Shown here one piece after another: positions 1 through 11,675 of a stretch of 64,000 bases of DNA. Source of the stretch: Marsupella aquatica. Taxonomy: Eukaryota > Plantae > Marchantiophyta. The position numbers and the translations under genes are program-made. Position 1 is the stretch's first letter; every line of letters begins with the position of its first letter. Location: positions 6,376,166-6,440,165 of the forward strand of contig OZ316896.1 of the NCBI GenBank assembly GCA_973895155.1, in the 5' to 3' direction. The notes under the pieces are model-generated. The model saw only the letters and a list, made by a program, of their open reading frames with translations, searched no databases and had not been told where the DNA came from.

Positions 1-356
1 TCTAGGACTGCCTCCTTGACAGCCACTACCTTGCATAAGGCCGGTGCCATGCTCTCCACCTCAGCCACAGTGGCCTGACAAACAGTGTGACTCCCTGACC
101 CGGAAGGCTTTTGCTTTTTGTCCTTCCCCTCCCAAGCAGCTGATGCCTTCCCCTTGCCACTTACTTCTAGCAAAGGTGAGGGTACGTACCATGGCTTGTC
201 GTTCGGTCAGTACCACGCCTTGCAACCCCGTTGCCGCCACCAGGGGTCCACTTGTTGCGGCCAGCCAATTTAGCTCCTCAGACTGCTTCTTCAACCGCTC
301 AGTTTGGTTGTCCGCCCGTCTCTGCAGATTTTCTATTTTCTGGGCGACCTCCTCCA
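1..356 (-). pseudogene. Fragment of a retrotransposon accessory coiled-coil ORF, an inverted homolog of ~50695-51050
   Basis: The translation AQKIENLQRRADNQTERLKKQSEELNWLAATSGPLVAATGLQGVVLTERQA nearly matches AQKMENLERRVDNQIERLKEQFEELNRLAATSGPPAAATGLQGVVLTERQA in ORF 50395..51228. It is fused abruptly to a truncated integrase zinc-finger at ~357-362. Confidence 0.8.
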
Positions 357-362
357 GTAACA

Positions 363-2258
363 ACTTTGCACGTGGCAAAGAACCAATTGCTTCATGTTTG
401 GCCAATACACATTTTGCAACATGCTGTGATACATAGTAGCTTGTCCGCCATGCCCTCCCCAAGGCAAGTCGTGATACATTTGTAGAACCTCCAATCTTAG
501 AGACTCTGGGATGTACACACGCCTATGCTTGTATTGTTATAATTGGACATTATGTGTGGTATCCAACCCCAAAGAAATGTGCCTTACCTTGCCTTGGCTG
601 CCCCCATTGCTTTGCCATTCCTTGGCTAACCTGTCATCCCCATACGCCTTGGCCAGAACCTTTGGCCACTTGGATTTGAGCATCGTGATCCCATTGACAC
701 GATGATGGTCCTTACGTAATAACGCGTCAGTTGCCGTGTTTGTCTTCCCTGGAACGTGACGGACTTCAAAATCAAAATCTACCAAGAATATTTGTCAGTG
801 CATTTCCTTGGGGTTTAGCCTTGGCTTAGAATTAAAGTACCCTGCCGGCAAGCTATCCATGTGTATTACCACTTTGGGATCGTTCTTAAGGTAAATCTCT
901 CACTTCTTCAATGCGTAGATCACTGCATACATTTCCCTTTCCGCCTTGATCCAACGATTTCCAACTTACATGACTCAAAGGCCACAAGACACCCATCTTG
1001 GCAAAGATAGGCGCCAATGGCATAATCACTTGCGCTTGCGTACGTCTATCCAAATCTCAAACGGCTTCCCCATCTCAAGTAACTTTAGAACCGACGGCGT
1101 TATCATTAGCCGCTTAAGTTCTAGGAATGCTAACTCGTAATCCTATGTCCACACAAACACTTTGTTTTTCATTGTTAGCGCGTTTAGGGGCCTCGCAATC
1201 CTTGCATAGTCTTTCATGTATCTCCAATAGAACCCCGTAACTCCTAAGAAGGCTCTAACCTGCGGCTCTAACCTGCTTTACATTGGATGGGCGCTCCCAT
1301 TCTTTGATCTCATTAAGCTTGTCCTGACTAGATGTAATCCCCTCCGGGGTAAAGGTATGGCCGAGGAACTGAATCTCGTTCATCACAAATTTGCACTTGC
1401 TAGGCTTAGCAAAGAGACGAGCCTTACAAAGGCAAGAGAATACTTCCTTGAGCAACTGCTCATGTTCCTCCAACATTTTTGAGTAGATTAGGATGTCGTC
1501 AATAAAGACACCCACTCCTTGGTCCAACAAGTCATGAAAGATGGTATTCATCATCTTCATGAATGTTGCGGTTGCATTACACAACCCAAACGGCATAACC
1601 AAAAAATCATAGGATCTGAACCTTGTGCGCATTGCTATCTTATACTCGTCTCCCTTAGCCATGCGGATCTGGTAATACCCAGACCGCAAGTCCACCTTTG
1701 AAAACTTCTTAGCCCTAGAGAGGAAATTGAAGAGGTCGTCCATATGAGGTAACGAGTACTTTTTCTTTACCGTTTGCTTATTAAGGGCCCAATGATCTAT
1801 GCAAATCTCAAAGTACCATCCTTTTTGGACACAAACAGCGCGGGCGCTCCATAAAGACTCTTACTAGGCCGAATGAACCCTTGGTCGATTAACTGTTCCA
1901 AGGCGTTCTTCAACATCATTCATTTGTTTGGGTTTAGACGATAAGGAGCTTTAGCCTAAGAAGCCAAACCTGGCTCCAACTTAACTTGGTGATCTACTTC
2001 TCTCCGCGGGGGTAAACCTTTAGGTAGCTTTTGCAAGAGCACATTGTTGAATTCCTCTAAAATTTCAGGAATTTGACCGTAGTCGGGCCTGACCTTAGCT
2101 GACTTAACCTTTGGCTATGTAGCAGCCTTTTTAACTAGGTGGAAATGAAAGAAGAAACATTCATGTCCGCCCTTGAAGTCTTTCCACCATTACTTCGCCA
2201 ATACACACGGAGACAACCATGACACTTTACTTACTTTTCCTGGGAATATTTTTTTAAC
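363..2258 (-). pseudogene. Element A pol: RT, RNase H and integrase zinc-binding domain (truncated)
   Basis: LPPRREVDHQVKL (~2000); FSKVDLRSGYYQIRM...VMPFGLCNA...FIDDILIYS; RNase H end FDFEVRHVPGKTNTATDAL; HDLPWGGHGG...YWPNM...HVQSC. Confidence 0.9.
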
Positions 2259-2509
2259 TTTATAAATTGGGCCGTGAAAAGCCCCACGGCATGGGCAGGC
2301 ATCAGCCAAAGAGAGCAGAAGCAGCGACAGGCAGACTTCAGCCTTTACAAATCACAGGGCCAAACACGTCTCAACGACCCTCAGGGGACGCACCCCTGGG
2401 GCCAGCCAAGAGGTGCAAGGAGGCCACTCCCAGACCAGCAGAACAGAAATACAATAGAGACCTACATATCATAAATACAATAGAGACCAGAGGGTCGACA
2501 ACTAACCTT

Positions 2510-5500
2510 TAATGGCTAGAGAGGCGGCCACAGCCCCGCCTGAGCCAATCCCTACGCTGAACATCAAGCCATGCTTTGGCATTAAGGAGGAGCGATAGTT
2601 TCCTTCCAGGAGGAGACCAGCGACTCACAACATATAGGTGATCAGTAGTCTCAGAAAGGACAAGTCCAAGATCAAAATACCCTACGACCCCCTGCCTGGA
2701 ACAAATGCTTGTTCCGTGCCAAACAAAGAGCCCATAAGACCTGGTAGAGAACAAACAATTTGGAAACCTGTATGGAGTCTTTCCCGAATGAAGCATCAAG
2801 AAGAGACATCAGCCCATGGCCAATTGGCAGACCTAAAACTTGCAAGAAGAGTCCGCCAAGCCTCCAGCATTGGTCTGCAAAGTCACAAAGAAAGAAGAGG
2901 TGCGGAATTGTCTCCAGGACACAACTGCAGAGCTTGCAGTCGCCGTTGCTCACCTCCATGCGGAGTGCTCTCGCCCCAGTGAAGAGACCACCTGCAATAA
3001 TCTGTCGGGATGAAGGTCTTCCCACGGGTTGACAGATCAGATCCCCAGAGCTTGGTCCAGCCAACGCTCCATTCGCTCTCAGTGCGATGAATAGACCAAG
3101 TGTGGTTAAGCCGACCACAAATGGAGGATTTGGGCCTCAGAATTTGGTATGCCCTGCAATTTTCAATTTTGAAGTCCTTCAGCACTTGTGCTTTGTTAGC
3201 CCACAGCCATTGTTTGGCGTAGAGAAAGTTGTCAAAGCGGCAGTATGGCAAGCTCCATAGGAGTTCCAGGAAGTCCTTTGCCAGCTTTCTATGCTCCACT
3301 GTGAATCCCCACATGTGTTGCCATCTCAGAGGGAGATCTTTCCAACAACTATCCTCAGAAGACCAACCATCCCCAATGGACCTCAGACCAAGTCTGCCAT
3401 GGAAGGCCGTAACCCCAACAATATCCACATTAGGGAGAGAGTTGAAACCAACCATGCAGCGGAGAGAGTCATTTATACTCCACCGAGCAGGTGCACCCAA
3501 GCGTCCAGGCACAAAAGAGAGGTGAGCTCTTACTAGCTCCCAGCTCTTCCATAGACCACCTGTATAGGATAGACCACCAAATGAGCGAGGGGTGCAAAGA
3601 AGAAGTTTATCTTGAAAGGTGTAGCCATTACGTCTAATTGCCTTGTAATTCATCCATCCCATCAGTGACAGGTTGGCCTCAAGCATTCTTGCCCATTCAA
3701 GGTTAGGGAAATTCAGAGCTTTGGTGAACCATTGAGATAGCAAGGCATTGGAGTGACTTTAAAAGTCTTTGAAGCCAAGACCCCCTTCAACTCTGGGGAG
3801 AGCAAGCGTGGCCCAGGCCACCAGCGGTACCTTCCTGCCCCCCGCGGAATTGTAACCCCACAGGAAATCTCTGCTAAGAGCAATTAGCTTCTTAGCCAGC
3901 CCAGCAAGGGCTTTAAGATGCATTGCATGATATATAGGGATAGCTTGAAGGACATGTTTAACTAGTAACGTTCTGCCAGTAAAGGAAAGAAGCTTGTCAG
4001 ACCAGGTCAAGAGTCTAGAACTGATCTTGTCAAGGCAAAATTGATGCAATTACTCTATATGCAGGCCGATACCTAAGGGCGCCCCCAGGTATTTTTGCAC
4101 CTCTCCCTTCTTGCTAACCCTACAGCCAGTGTTGGAGAGCCAGTGCACTCTGGGATCTCATCCATTGCTAGAGGGATCACCACCAATTTCTTTAAGTTAA
4201 GCCGCACTCCCAATGCAGTCTCATAGCATCCCAGTGCCTGGGTGGCATCCTCAACGGCCTCCTTAGAGGCAGGAATAAACATTCCCATGTCGTCCGCGAA
4301 AAGCCTATAACAGATTGAATGTGAGCGCCTCTGAGATTCTCAAGCCGCTGAGTCGCCCCGCATCCATCTCAGCGTCCAGGAAATCCATTAGAGGCTGAGT
4401 GGAGATCACAAAGAGCAGTGGTGATAGTGGACAGCCCTGTCGCACTCCACGCTTGAGAACAATTGGGCCCGACAGGAAGCCATTCACCAGGACTTTAGAT
4501 GATGGGTGAGCAAGCAGGGCACGTACAAGCATAATGAAGCGTCCACTAATCCCTAGTAGATGCATACATTCCCAGATATAATTGTGGTTGACTCTGTCAA
4601 AAGCTTTTTTGAAATCGAGCTTCAGAAACAGTGCTTCTATCTTCCTGTTGTGCACCCAGTTGCATGGGGTATGACATGAGTGACAATAAACAGGAAACAT
4701 GTTGACTGGTACTAGCAAAAATTTACTGTTACCAGAAAAATGACAATGTAAAAATATTTCCTCAAAAATCACATTTCTCAAAAAAAAAATTGTCGACAAC
4801 TTTTTTTGGCTAGTTTTGGGCGCTAGCAAAGATTTTTTTTGGCAAAAAATAAAATAAAATAAAATTCAAAAACAAAAATTTCCAAAAAAATTACCACTCA
4901 TTTTCTTGTTACCAGTTTTTGTTTCCTGTTACTGTTTGCTGTTTCCTGTTGTTTGTAAAGAGGTGTTTACAAAAGACAGCAAACAGGAAACAGGATTTAA
5001 TAACAAAAACTGGTAACAGAAAAAAAACCTGGTAACAGAAAAATGGGTGGAAATTTTTTTTAGAAAAAAAAGGTTTTTTTTTCGACCAGGTTTTTTTGCT
5101 AGCGCCCGGCACTGCTAATAGTAGCGCCCAAAGCTAGCCAAAAATGTTGCATTGTTAATTTTTTTTGGAAATAACATGTTTTAGGAGACATTTTTAAATT
5201 GTCATTTTTCCTGGTAACAGTGATTTTTTCCTGGTAACAGCATATTAAAAACAGGAAACAAATTTCCTGTTTACCTGTTTCCTGTCTCCGTCGCTATACC
5301 TTTTGTAAATACCCCGTTGCATGTGAGCCAAGCAAGTGATATATTCTCTAGGATATGTCGTCCTGGGATAAAGCCAGTTTGTTTTGGGCCGGGCTTATAA
5401 TCTTATGCAAGATAGGCTTCAAGTGCAGAGCAAGGATCTTAGCAATGACTTTAGAGATGGTATTTAGCAGTGTAAGTGTCCGCCAGTCCTTAAGAAATTG

Positions 5501-7093
5501 CTTATCAGATTTCTTAGGGATGAATTTGATGATGCCGTCACAAATCTCTGCAGCAAGCACCCCAATGAGCCAAAATGCTTGGATCATTTCAATTAGGTCC
5601 TTACCAGTGAATTCCTAGCAGGCTCTGTATACCTCAGCTATCAATCCATCTGGACCAGGGGATTTGTCGCAGGGTAGCATCCATAGAGCATCTTTCACCT
5701 CCTGTGCGGTTGGTAGTGCTTCCATTTGTGATATCTCAGTAGCTGATATGGCAAATCGTGTGTGACCCATAAGTCTCGTTTGTTCTCTCGTTTGCTTAGA
5801 CACCTCTGCCTGTGAAGGAGCAGGAGGCAAGTAAAGATCCTTACAGAAATGTTCCACTTCCTCCAGAATGCAGCGAGGATCAGTTATCACGCTACCATCA
5901 TCTTTGACCAGAGAGGTGCCTCTCTCAAGCGTTTTGCTTTCACAGTGGCAAAAAAGAACTTGGTGGATTTGTCTCCTTCACCCAGCCATTTCACTCGGGC
6001 CAATCTTTGGCCTCTTAGAGCTTCCTCAATTTCCGATGCATGCAGTGAGTCTTCAGCATCCATGTATTCCAGAATTGCATCCTCCGAATGAGAGTCTAAG
6101 ATTGATAGTTTTAGGGAACGCAATTTGGCCCTTAGGAAAGCAAGCTCTTCATCACCCGTTCGAGGTATAGCTTGTAGCTGAATGTACCTCCTTTGGAGCC
6201 TTCCACTGGCTAGGGCAAAGCGCAAATGGGGGTCCTCGCTCACAATGCCAACCGTCCAGGCACCCTCCAAGAGTAGCAAGTCCTCCTCCCTTCACAAAAG
6301 AGCCGGATTGGCCCTAAAGAACCTGAATTTCCCCCTCTCTCCTGCCAGCACCGTCCCTGTGAGTTGCAAAGTCAGTATCACCGGATCATGGTCTGATAGA
6401 GCCAACCCTCCATCGTGTAGGAGCTCCATAATTTGGCCTGTCCACCATCCCTGCTCACTTAAGTAGAATCGATCCAGCCTCGACTGCATCAGGTCCCCAT
6501 TCCGCGTTTGCCTCCAATTAAAATGGGGGCCAGTAGCCCCACCATGAACCTCCCAAGCATCAGTCAAATCAAACCTCATTTTAAGGAACCGCCAAAACTT
6601 GCCTTCCCTACCTTTGATTAGGGGAGAATTGCCGGTGGAATCCTCTCTCCGTTCTGTCATGTTGAAGTCACCGCATAGGATCCAATTCTCCTATGGCAGT
6701 ACCACCTTCAGCCCATTCCATAGCAATGCTCTTAGTCTAGAGGAGTTAGGGGCATAATTGCTAGCAACCCCAAATCTCTCGGATTCCTCTTCCACTACTG
6801 CCCATGCCGCACTACCCATATCTAGCAGTCCAGATGCGACCACCTTCAAGGACGGGTGAATTAGCAGTGCAGTTCCGCCACGTCCCTCATTGGGTGCAGA
6901 GGAGAAATGTTGAAAATCAGGGAGAATAGCTCGCATGGCCAAATCCAGTCTAAACTGGTCAGCCTTCACCTCCTGGAGTGCAAGAATGCCCAAGGGTTGC
7001 TTCAAGGATTTGACCCAATTCTTGACAATGTGCTTCCTGTTGGGTTCGCAAAGACCACAAATGTTCCAAGATGCAATTCGGAACATTTCATCC
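2510..7093 (-). pseudogene. LINE ORF2: AP endonuclease, reverse transcriptase and zf-RVT region (disrupted)
   Basis: IASWNICGL, ILALQEVK, GDFN, SRLDRFY, SDHDPV, KSPGPDG, LKLDFKKAFDRV, GVRQGCPLSPLLF, LFADD, CKLC...ETIPHLFFLC. Confidence 0.92.
4666..5315. mobile_element. 650-bp non-autonomous foldback DNA transposon (MITE) inserted in the LINE RT
   Basis: Ends GGGGTAT...ATACCCC with TSD GTTGCAT (4659-4665 / 5316-5322). Long imperfect inverted arms and repeated AACAGGAAAC / CTGGTAACAG motifs. Removal restores the LINE frame LAWLTCNWVHNRK. Confidence 0.88.
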
Positions 7094-7299
7094 ATCCTCC
7101 TCCTATGAACCGATGAGTTTAGTCCATAGAAATACCTTGCTTTGCTCAAAAATTACCTCATATCTGGTTGCGTCCACCCAGGGACAACCCAAAAGCCCCG
7201 CCACCAATGGATCCGCTCACAGACCGGGTTGGGGAGACACCCATGGAGGAGTCAGGTCCCACAGTACGTAATAGGAGGGGAGCCAGTGGAGTCACTCTT

Positions 7300-8991
7300 G
7301 CAATTCCGCTAGTAACTTGATATTCCAACAACAGTAGGTTTCCGCGATCACTTCGGGAATCACTAAGGTCCCAAGGAGGTCGCTCCCCACCCCCTGCGTC
7401 AGACAGGAAACCCCGTGAGAATGTAAGTGATTGTTGTTTCTTGGCATGACCTTTAGATTTATCAGTCTTCTCAGTGGGAGGTGTGCGAAGCTCTAATTTA
7501 CGGGCTTTAGCCTTCTATTTATTATGGGCGATATAGGCCTCATATTCAGACATCTCTGCATCAGAGTCCTCGTCGTAAGAGAAGGTAGCATCATCTCCCC
7601 CTAGAAGAGGGGGCCCTATAGATCCTCCATTCGGAAGGAGTCCCCGAAACAGTGATAAGGCAAGGTGGACCAAAGCAGGGCGCATTAGCATTCAGAGGGG
7701 GACCAGGGCCTGAAGGGTCGCTTTTAAGTGCAGCTTGGGGGTTTGCAACTAGAGGATCCATTGTCTTGCCATCCAAATTTGCAACACCGCGTCCTGCATT
7801 AGCCACAATCACTACCGCGACCGTAGAGGAACCAATTAAGGTCGCCAAAGACCCCAAATTAAGCATCTGATAGGAGGGGGGGTCCTCCCCAGGAAGCACC
7901 AAGACCTGCAGGAGCTGCTCAACTTGGGCAATATCTCCTTCCACAGTGTAAGGTGCCGGTGCCGGTGCCAGTGGTTTGAGGGCTCACTGCCTTAGCACAA
8001 AAATCCGCCCGCGCGGCCGTATTAACTTCAACTTTGAGAACTTCCTCATGATCTAGTTCTGAATGACATTCGTCGTCTCTTTCTTCTGGTGGATCCACTC
8101 CTGCCTCCAGGTGAACAACATCGGGTGGATGCAGCCCTACAGTCTCACTGTCTGTTCTACAATCCCTGGCCAGGTGGCCCCGTCGGTTGCACTTGAAGCA
8201 ACGGAATGGGATATTATGGAAAGTCACCTTTTGCCAGATCACTATGTCATCCCTGATCTTGATGCGCACACTAGCAGGCACTTCTCTGTCAGTGTCCCAT
8301 AGTATGCAGGCTCTATCGTGAGGGAACAAGCTGAATTCATCCCCTGAATGTAATAGAGCAACGTTCCCAGTGAGCTAGCTATCTTTCTCCTGCATCCTTC
8401 GAGTGCCAATGCACAAAAGGGGATCTCAATCCATACAGGGAGTTTAGTGAAGCATTCCCTCTTAACATTGAAAGACGGGTCCTAGGCAAAGGTGTAAACA
8501 AATCTGCGCTCCATGAACCAAGGAGCCAGGTTGAGTGCCATGTCCCTATGGTCGGGTTCTCAAAGACTACCATATAGAAATTCTTTCCAATGAATTTGAC
8601 CCGTAAGATAGGCCAGTTCCCGTGGCACATCATAACCCTCCTCCACCCAATTCCGAAAGACCGGGAGGAGTGGGGTTCTATGAAGGAAGTAGCATAGCAG
8701 GGCACAATTGTAGAGTTGCTTCACATTTTGAGCGGCCTCCTATAGATTCCATTCCACAGTGGCAAAGAGCTTCTCATCCAGATCCCCCTTGGAGCTAAGG
8801 GCGATCTCTTTCAAGATCTTGATGCACGCTTCCGACGCCTCCTCCTTTGACAAAACATCTTTCCTCTCCGTCTCGAGCTCCATGGTGTGATCCGTGTCCA
8901 TTGGGCATTGGGGCTCCAGAGCAAGTGTTGTTCTTGCAATAGTGGGAATCCCACTAAGGTGGGCCAATCCAGCAGGAAAGGCCGAGGACAT
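7300..8991 (-). pseudogene. LINE ORF1 (DUF4283-like region plus CCHC zinc knuckle), disrupted
   Basis: RVKFIGKNFYMVVFEN, PHDRACILWD, FRCFKCNRRGHLARDC. Homologous to 61500-62100. End coordinate approximate. Confidence 0.85.
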
Positions 8992-9150
8992 CTCTCTCCC
9001 GGAGCGAGCATCCTACGGTGAGAAGCGAGCCGTGGCAGCATCATCCCCTCCAGCACGGCAGCAACTCTTGGCAGAGGTAAGGTTGGGTCCACCGTGTCTA
9101 GTAGTGGCTCCCCTAAGCGGCTAAATTTTTAACAAGTCTGGTAAAACCGT

Positions 9151-10289
9151 TGTCGTGATTTTCTCTTAAGTTATAAAAAATTGTTTGTTTTAATATGCTA
9201 TAGATTATATAAATAATTTAGTAGTTAGATTATTAAATTTAAACTTTATTAAACTTCTTTAGCTATATTAACGGACTATAGTAGTTCCACCAATGCATAT
9301 GAGTAGTTCCACCAACTACATTAATATTCACCAACGCATAGTAGTTCTACCAACGCACAATAGGTCCACCAGCGCATAGTAGTTCTACCAACGCACAGTA
9401 GGTCCACCAACGCATAGTAGGTCCACCAACGCATGGTAGTTCCACCTACTAAAAGTAATTTCACCAACTATAAACAGTACTAGCACACTCTTAGGTATTA
9501 GATGTTTGACACTTGGCCTTCATCCAAGTGCTTGGGCTTGATCCATGCCCTCTTGGTGTGCACTATAAATAAAGTGGTGAGGGGCACTCTCCCCTCATTC
9601 CACAGTGTTTATCATTCAAGGTTGTGAAGCTCTTTTGTGCCTTGAACATAGTAGTGGGGCGTCCTTTGGCCCGGATAGCAAAGGAATGAGTGGTAGACTT
9701 ATAGATGGGATCTTAGGGAATAAGGTTTCTTTGGGAATATAGGGGTGGGGCGTCCTTTGGCCCGGATAGCAAAGGAATAGGAGAGCCATCATGAATCCAG
9801 GAGAGAAAATTATCCCTGATCTTCCCCTTCGTAATCCGTTTTTGATTAGAGTCCATCTTTTAGACAAACCATCTATGAGGCAACATCTAACCTATCATTT
9901 TGGAGCTCAGTTTGCAACTGCTGTTATGGTTTCTAACGAGCCAATAATATACCCAGTGGTGTCGTACCGAGAGGAGTGGGAGTGCATCATATTTGTCCTT
10001 TATTGAAGTCATGGATCTGAATAGGAGTTCGGATGATATTCCTGTTTCATTTTCTCTTGGAGATATTAGGATCATATGTCGTAAGAAAACTAATTTTCGT
10101 GATGTGTTGGTCCGCAAGTATGGTGAAGTAGGGTTTAACAGTATTTTAGTTTCACCTGAACCTTTCTTAATACCCACTACCCTTGTTACTAGAATTATCA
10201 TTTTGATTTTAGTGTAGAACTTATGAGCATGCAAGGTTAACTTCAAAAGAGCCAACATGCTCTTGCCAGAAAACACGGTCACCCGGACA
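9151..10289 (+). mobile_element. Solo LTR related to the 15654-41046 gypsy family
   Basis: TGTCGTGA...CCCGGACA termini with 4-bp TSD CCGT on both sides. From ~9480 onward it aligns with ~16060-16912 and ~40195-41046. Confidence 0.92.
9277..9470 (+). repeat. ~10 copies of a ~19-bp tandem unit (TAGTAGTTCCACCAACGCA) in the solo LTR U3
   Basis: Directly visible head-to-tail degenerate units with no spacers. Confidence 0.85.
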
Positions 10290-10320
10290 CCGTCTCAATG
10301 CGGGCATCTCAATTTATCCC

Positions 10321-11675
10321 AGCTCAACCGCCACATCCATTTTGCCGACAATTTGAGGGTCTAGAAGTTCTGTAATAGTCAATCAATTCATCCATTGTGC
10401 TCAATTTCAATCAAAAGAATGCCTAACTATATCACGTACCTATCTCAATCCGAGATCCAGCAGTATACCAGTGCAAGGTAGCCGAATGTAGTCACCACGA
10501 GAACCAGATGGATCCACCCAATGTTGAACGTACGCTCAATCAGCCTAAAACACCAAATTCAGTGTCAGTAAGTCGCACCAAGCAGCAGGTCACCCCTCCG
10601 CCCACTCCTGCACCCCGTTCGGCCGCAACCAGCAGAGTCAATGGCAGTCCATGCCCTCACGACAAGTTATAGAATGTTTACTCGTTGCTCCAACATGAGT
10701 CGCTCTGCCCCACCGTAGTTGCTTAATCCAGTGATGAGTAGTTCCTCCTTCCTTCGTCAATCTTGATACGACACTTTGCAGTCCAGAGTCCGTTGTCCAA
10801 AGTTGAAGCATCTGCATTTGACTCGCGTCACAGTGGTTCAGATTCAGCCACAATGTCCTTATCTCTCTGATTCTCTCCCTACATTTGCTACTTGAAGAAC
10901 GTGGTGACCGCTATCAAATAGTCCCAATCTCCCGACATTTATGCCCAAGGTGTCACAATTGCCAAATCCTCGCGCCTTCCCAGTCCAATACAGAGAGATC
11001 CACTCTATGGCTCGCATCCAAGGAGAGCCCACCTACGGAGTTCTCACAAATGCTCGCTTCAAAGGACGAAAAGAGTGCAGCTGAGGTTGACTACGCGCCA
11101 GACGCCAAGATGGCATGCAACACTGCAATTCTAGAGTATTCCCCAGAAGTAGTAAGCTGAGATTGTGGTTCAGCATCCCAAGTCAAAGGAGGAAGCGGTA
11201 GGCCCAATCGGGATGACAAAAAGCACCCGCATCCAGGCCAACCTCCGTTAGGGAGCAGCACGAGAGGCCTGTCGATCCGGGTCCAAATACTATCTGAGCC
11301 AAAATCCAAAGCAATCACACTCTACGCCCTAAGTCGTGCCTGAGCCAGTTTCACTTCAGGGCGAGTAGTGAAGCTCAAAAAACCCTTAAACCACCGGGGA
11401 AACGCGCTCCTGCCAACCTCTCAACAATCTTGGCGCGTCGACACCAGCATTTGTCGACAAAGGTCGACATAGATGGAAAAAGCACCAGAAAAGTGAGCCC
11501 CCGACAGCACCGCCTGTGCGCTCTCCCAAGCTTGTTCAGTTCTCTCCCAAGCTTCTTGTACACTTTACTTACTTTTAGAAATCTTTCTTTATTTTTTGTA
11601 ATTTTGTCTACAACGATGGGCTCATCGCCCTTATTGGGAAAATTGAGCACCTCATCCCCCAGTTTCAAGGTAACA
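10321..11675. mobile_element. Truncated unclassified insertion with an LTR-like right end (...GGTAACA)
   Basis: Interrupts the element A frame between KHNL (11676) and IN*DARIETV (~10318). Right end is CA; no left TG or TSD is visible. Confidence 0.45.

Larger units (their letters stand above)
2259..9124 (-). mobile_element. Full-length but decayed L1-clade LINE
   Basis: Contains ORF1 and ORF2 (see below). Flanks ATTTTT(TT)AAC at 2248-2258 and ATTTTTAAC at 9125-9133 form a TSD. Removing the LINE restores the element A frame DLLKIFPGKV, apart from two extra T's. Confidence 0.9.

Noticed and set aside
4305-4829. 174-aa ORF with a novel N-terminus fused to RT
   Set aside because: Chimeric read-through from the MITE into the LINE RT, starting at a non-ATG codon.
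9277-9470. CRISPR-like array of ~19-bp repeats
   Set aside because: Units are head-to-tail with no unique spacers, lie within a plant LTR, and no cas genes are present.
9887-10282. 131-aa ORF repeated at 16505-16735 and 40617-41039
   Set aside because: Antisense frame within LTR copies; the recurrence is explained by LTR homology, and no domain is recognisable.
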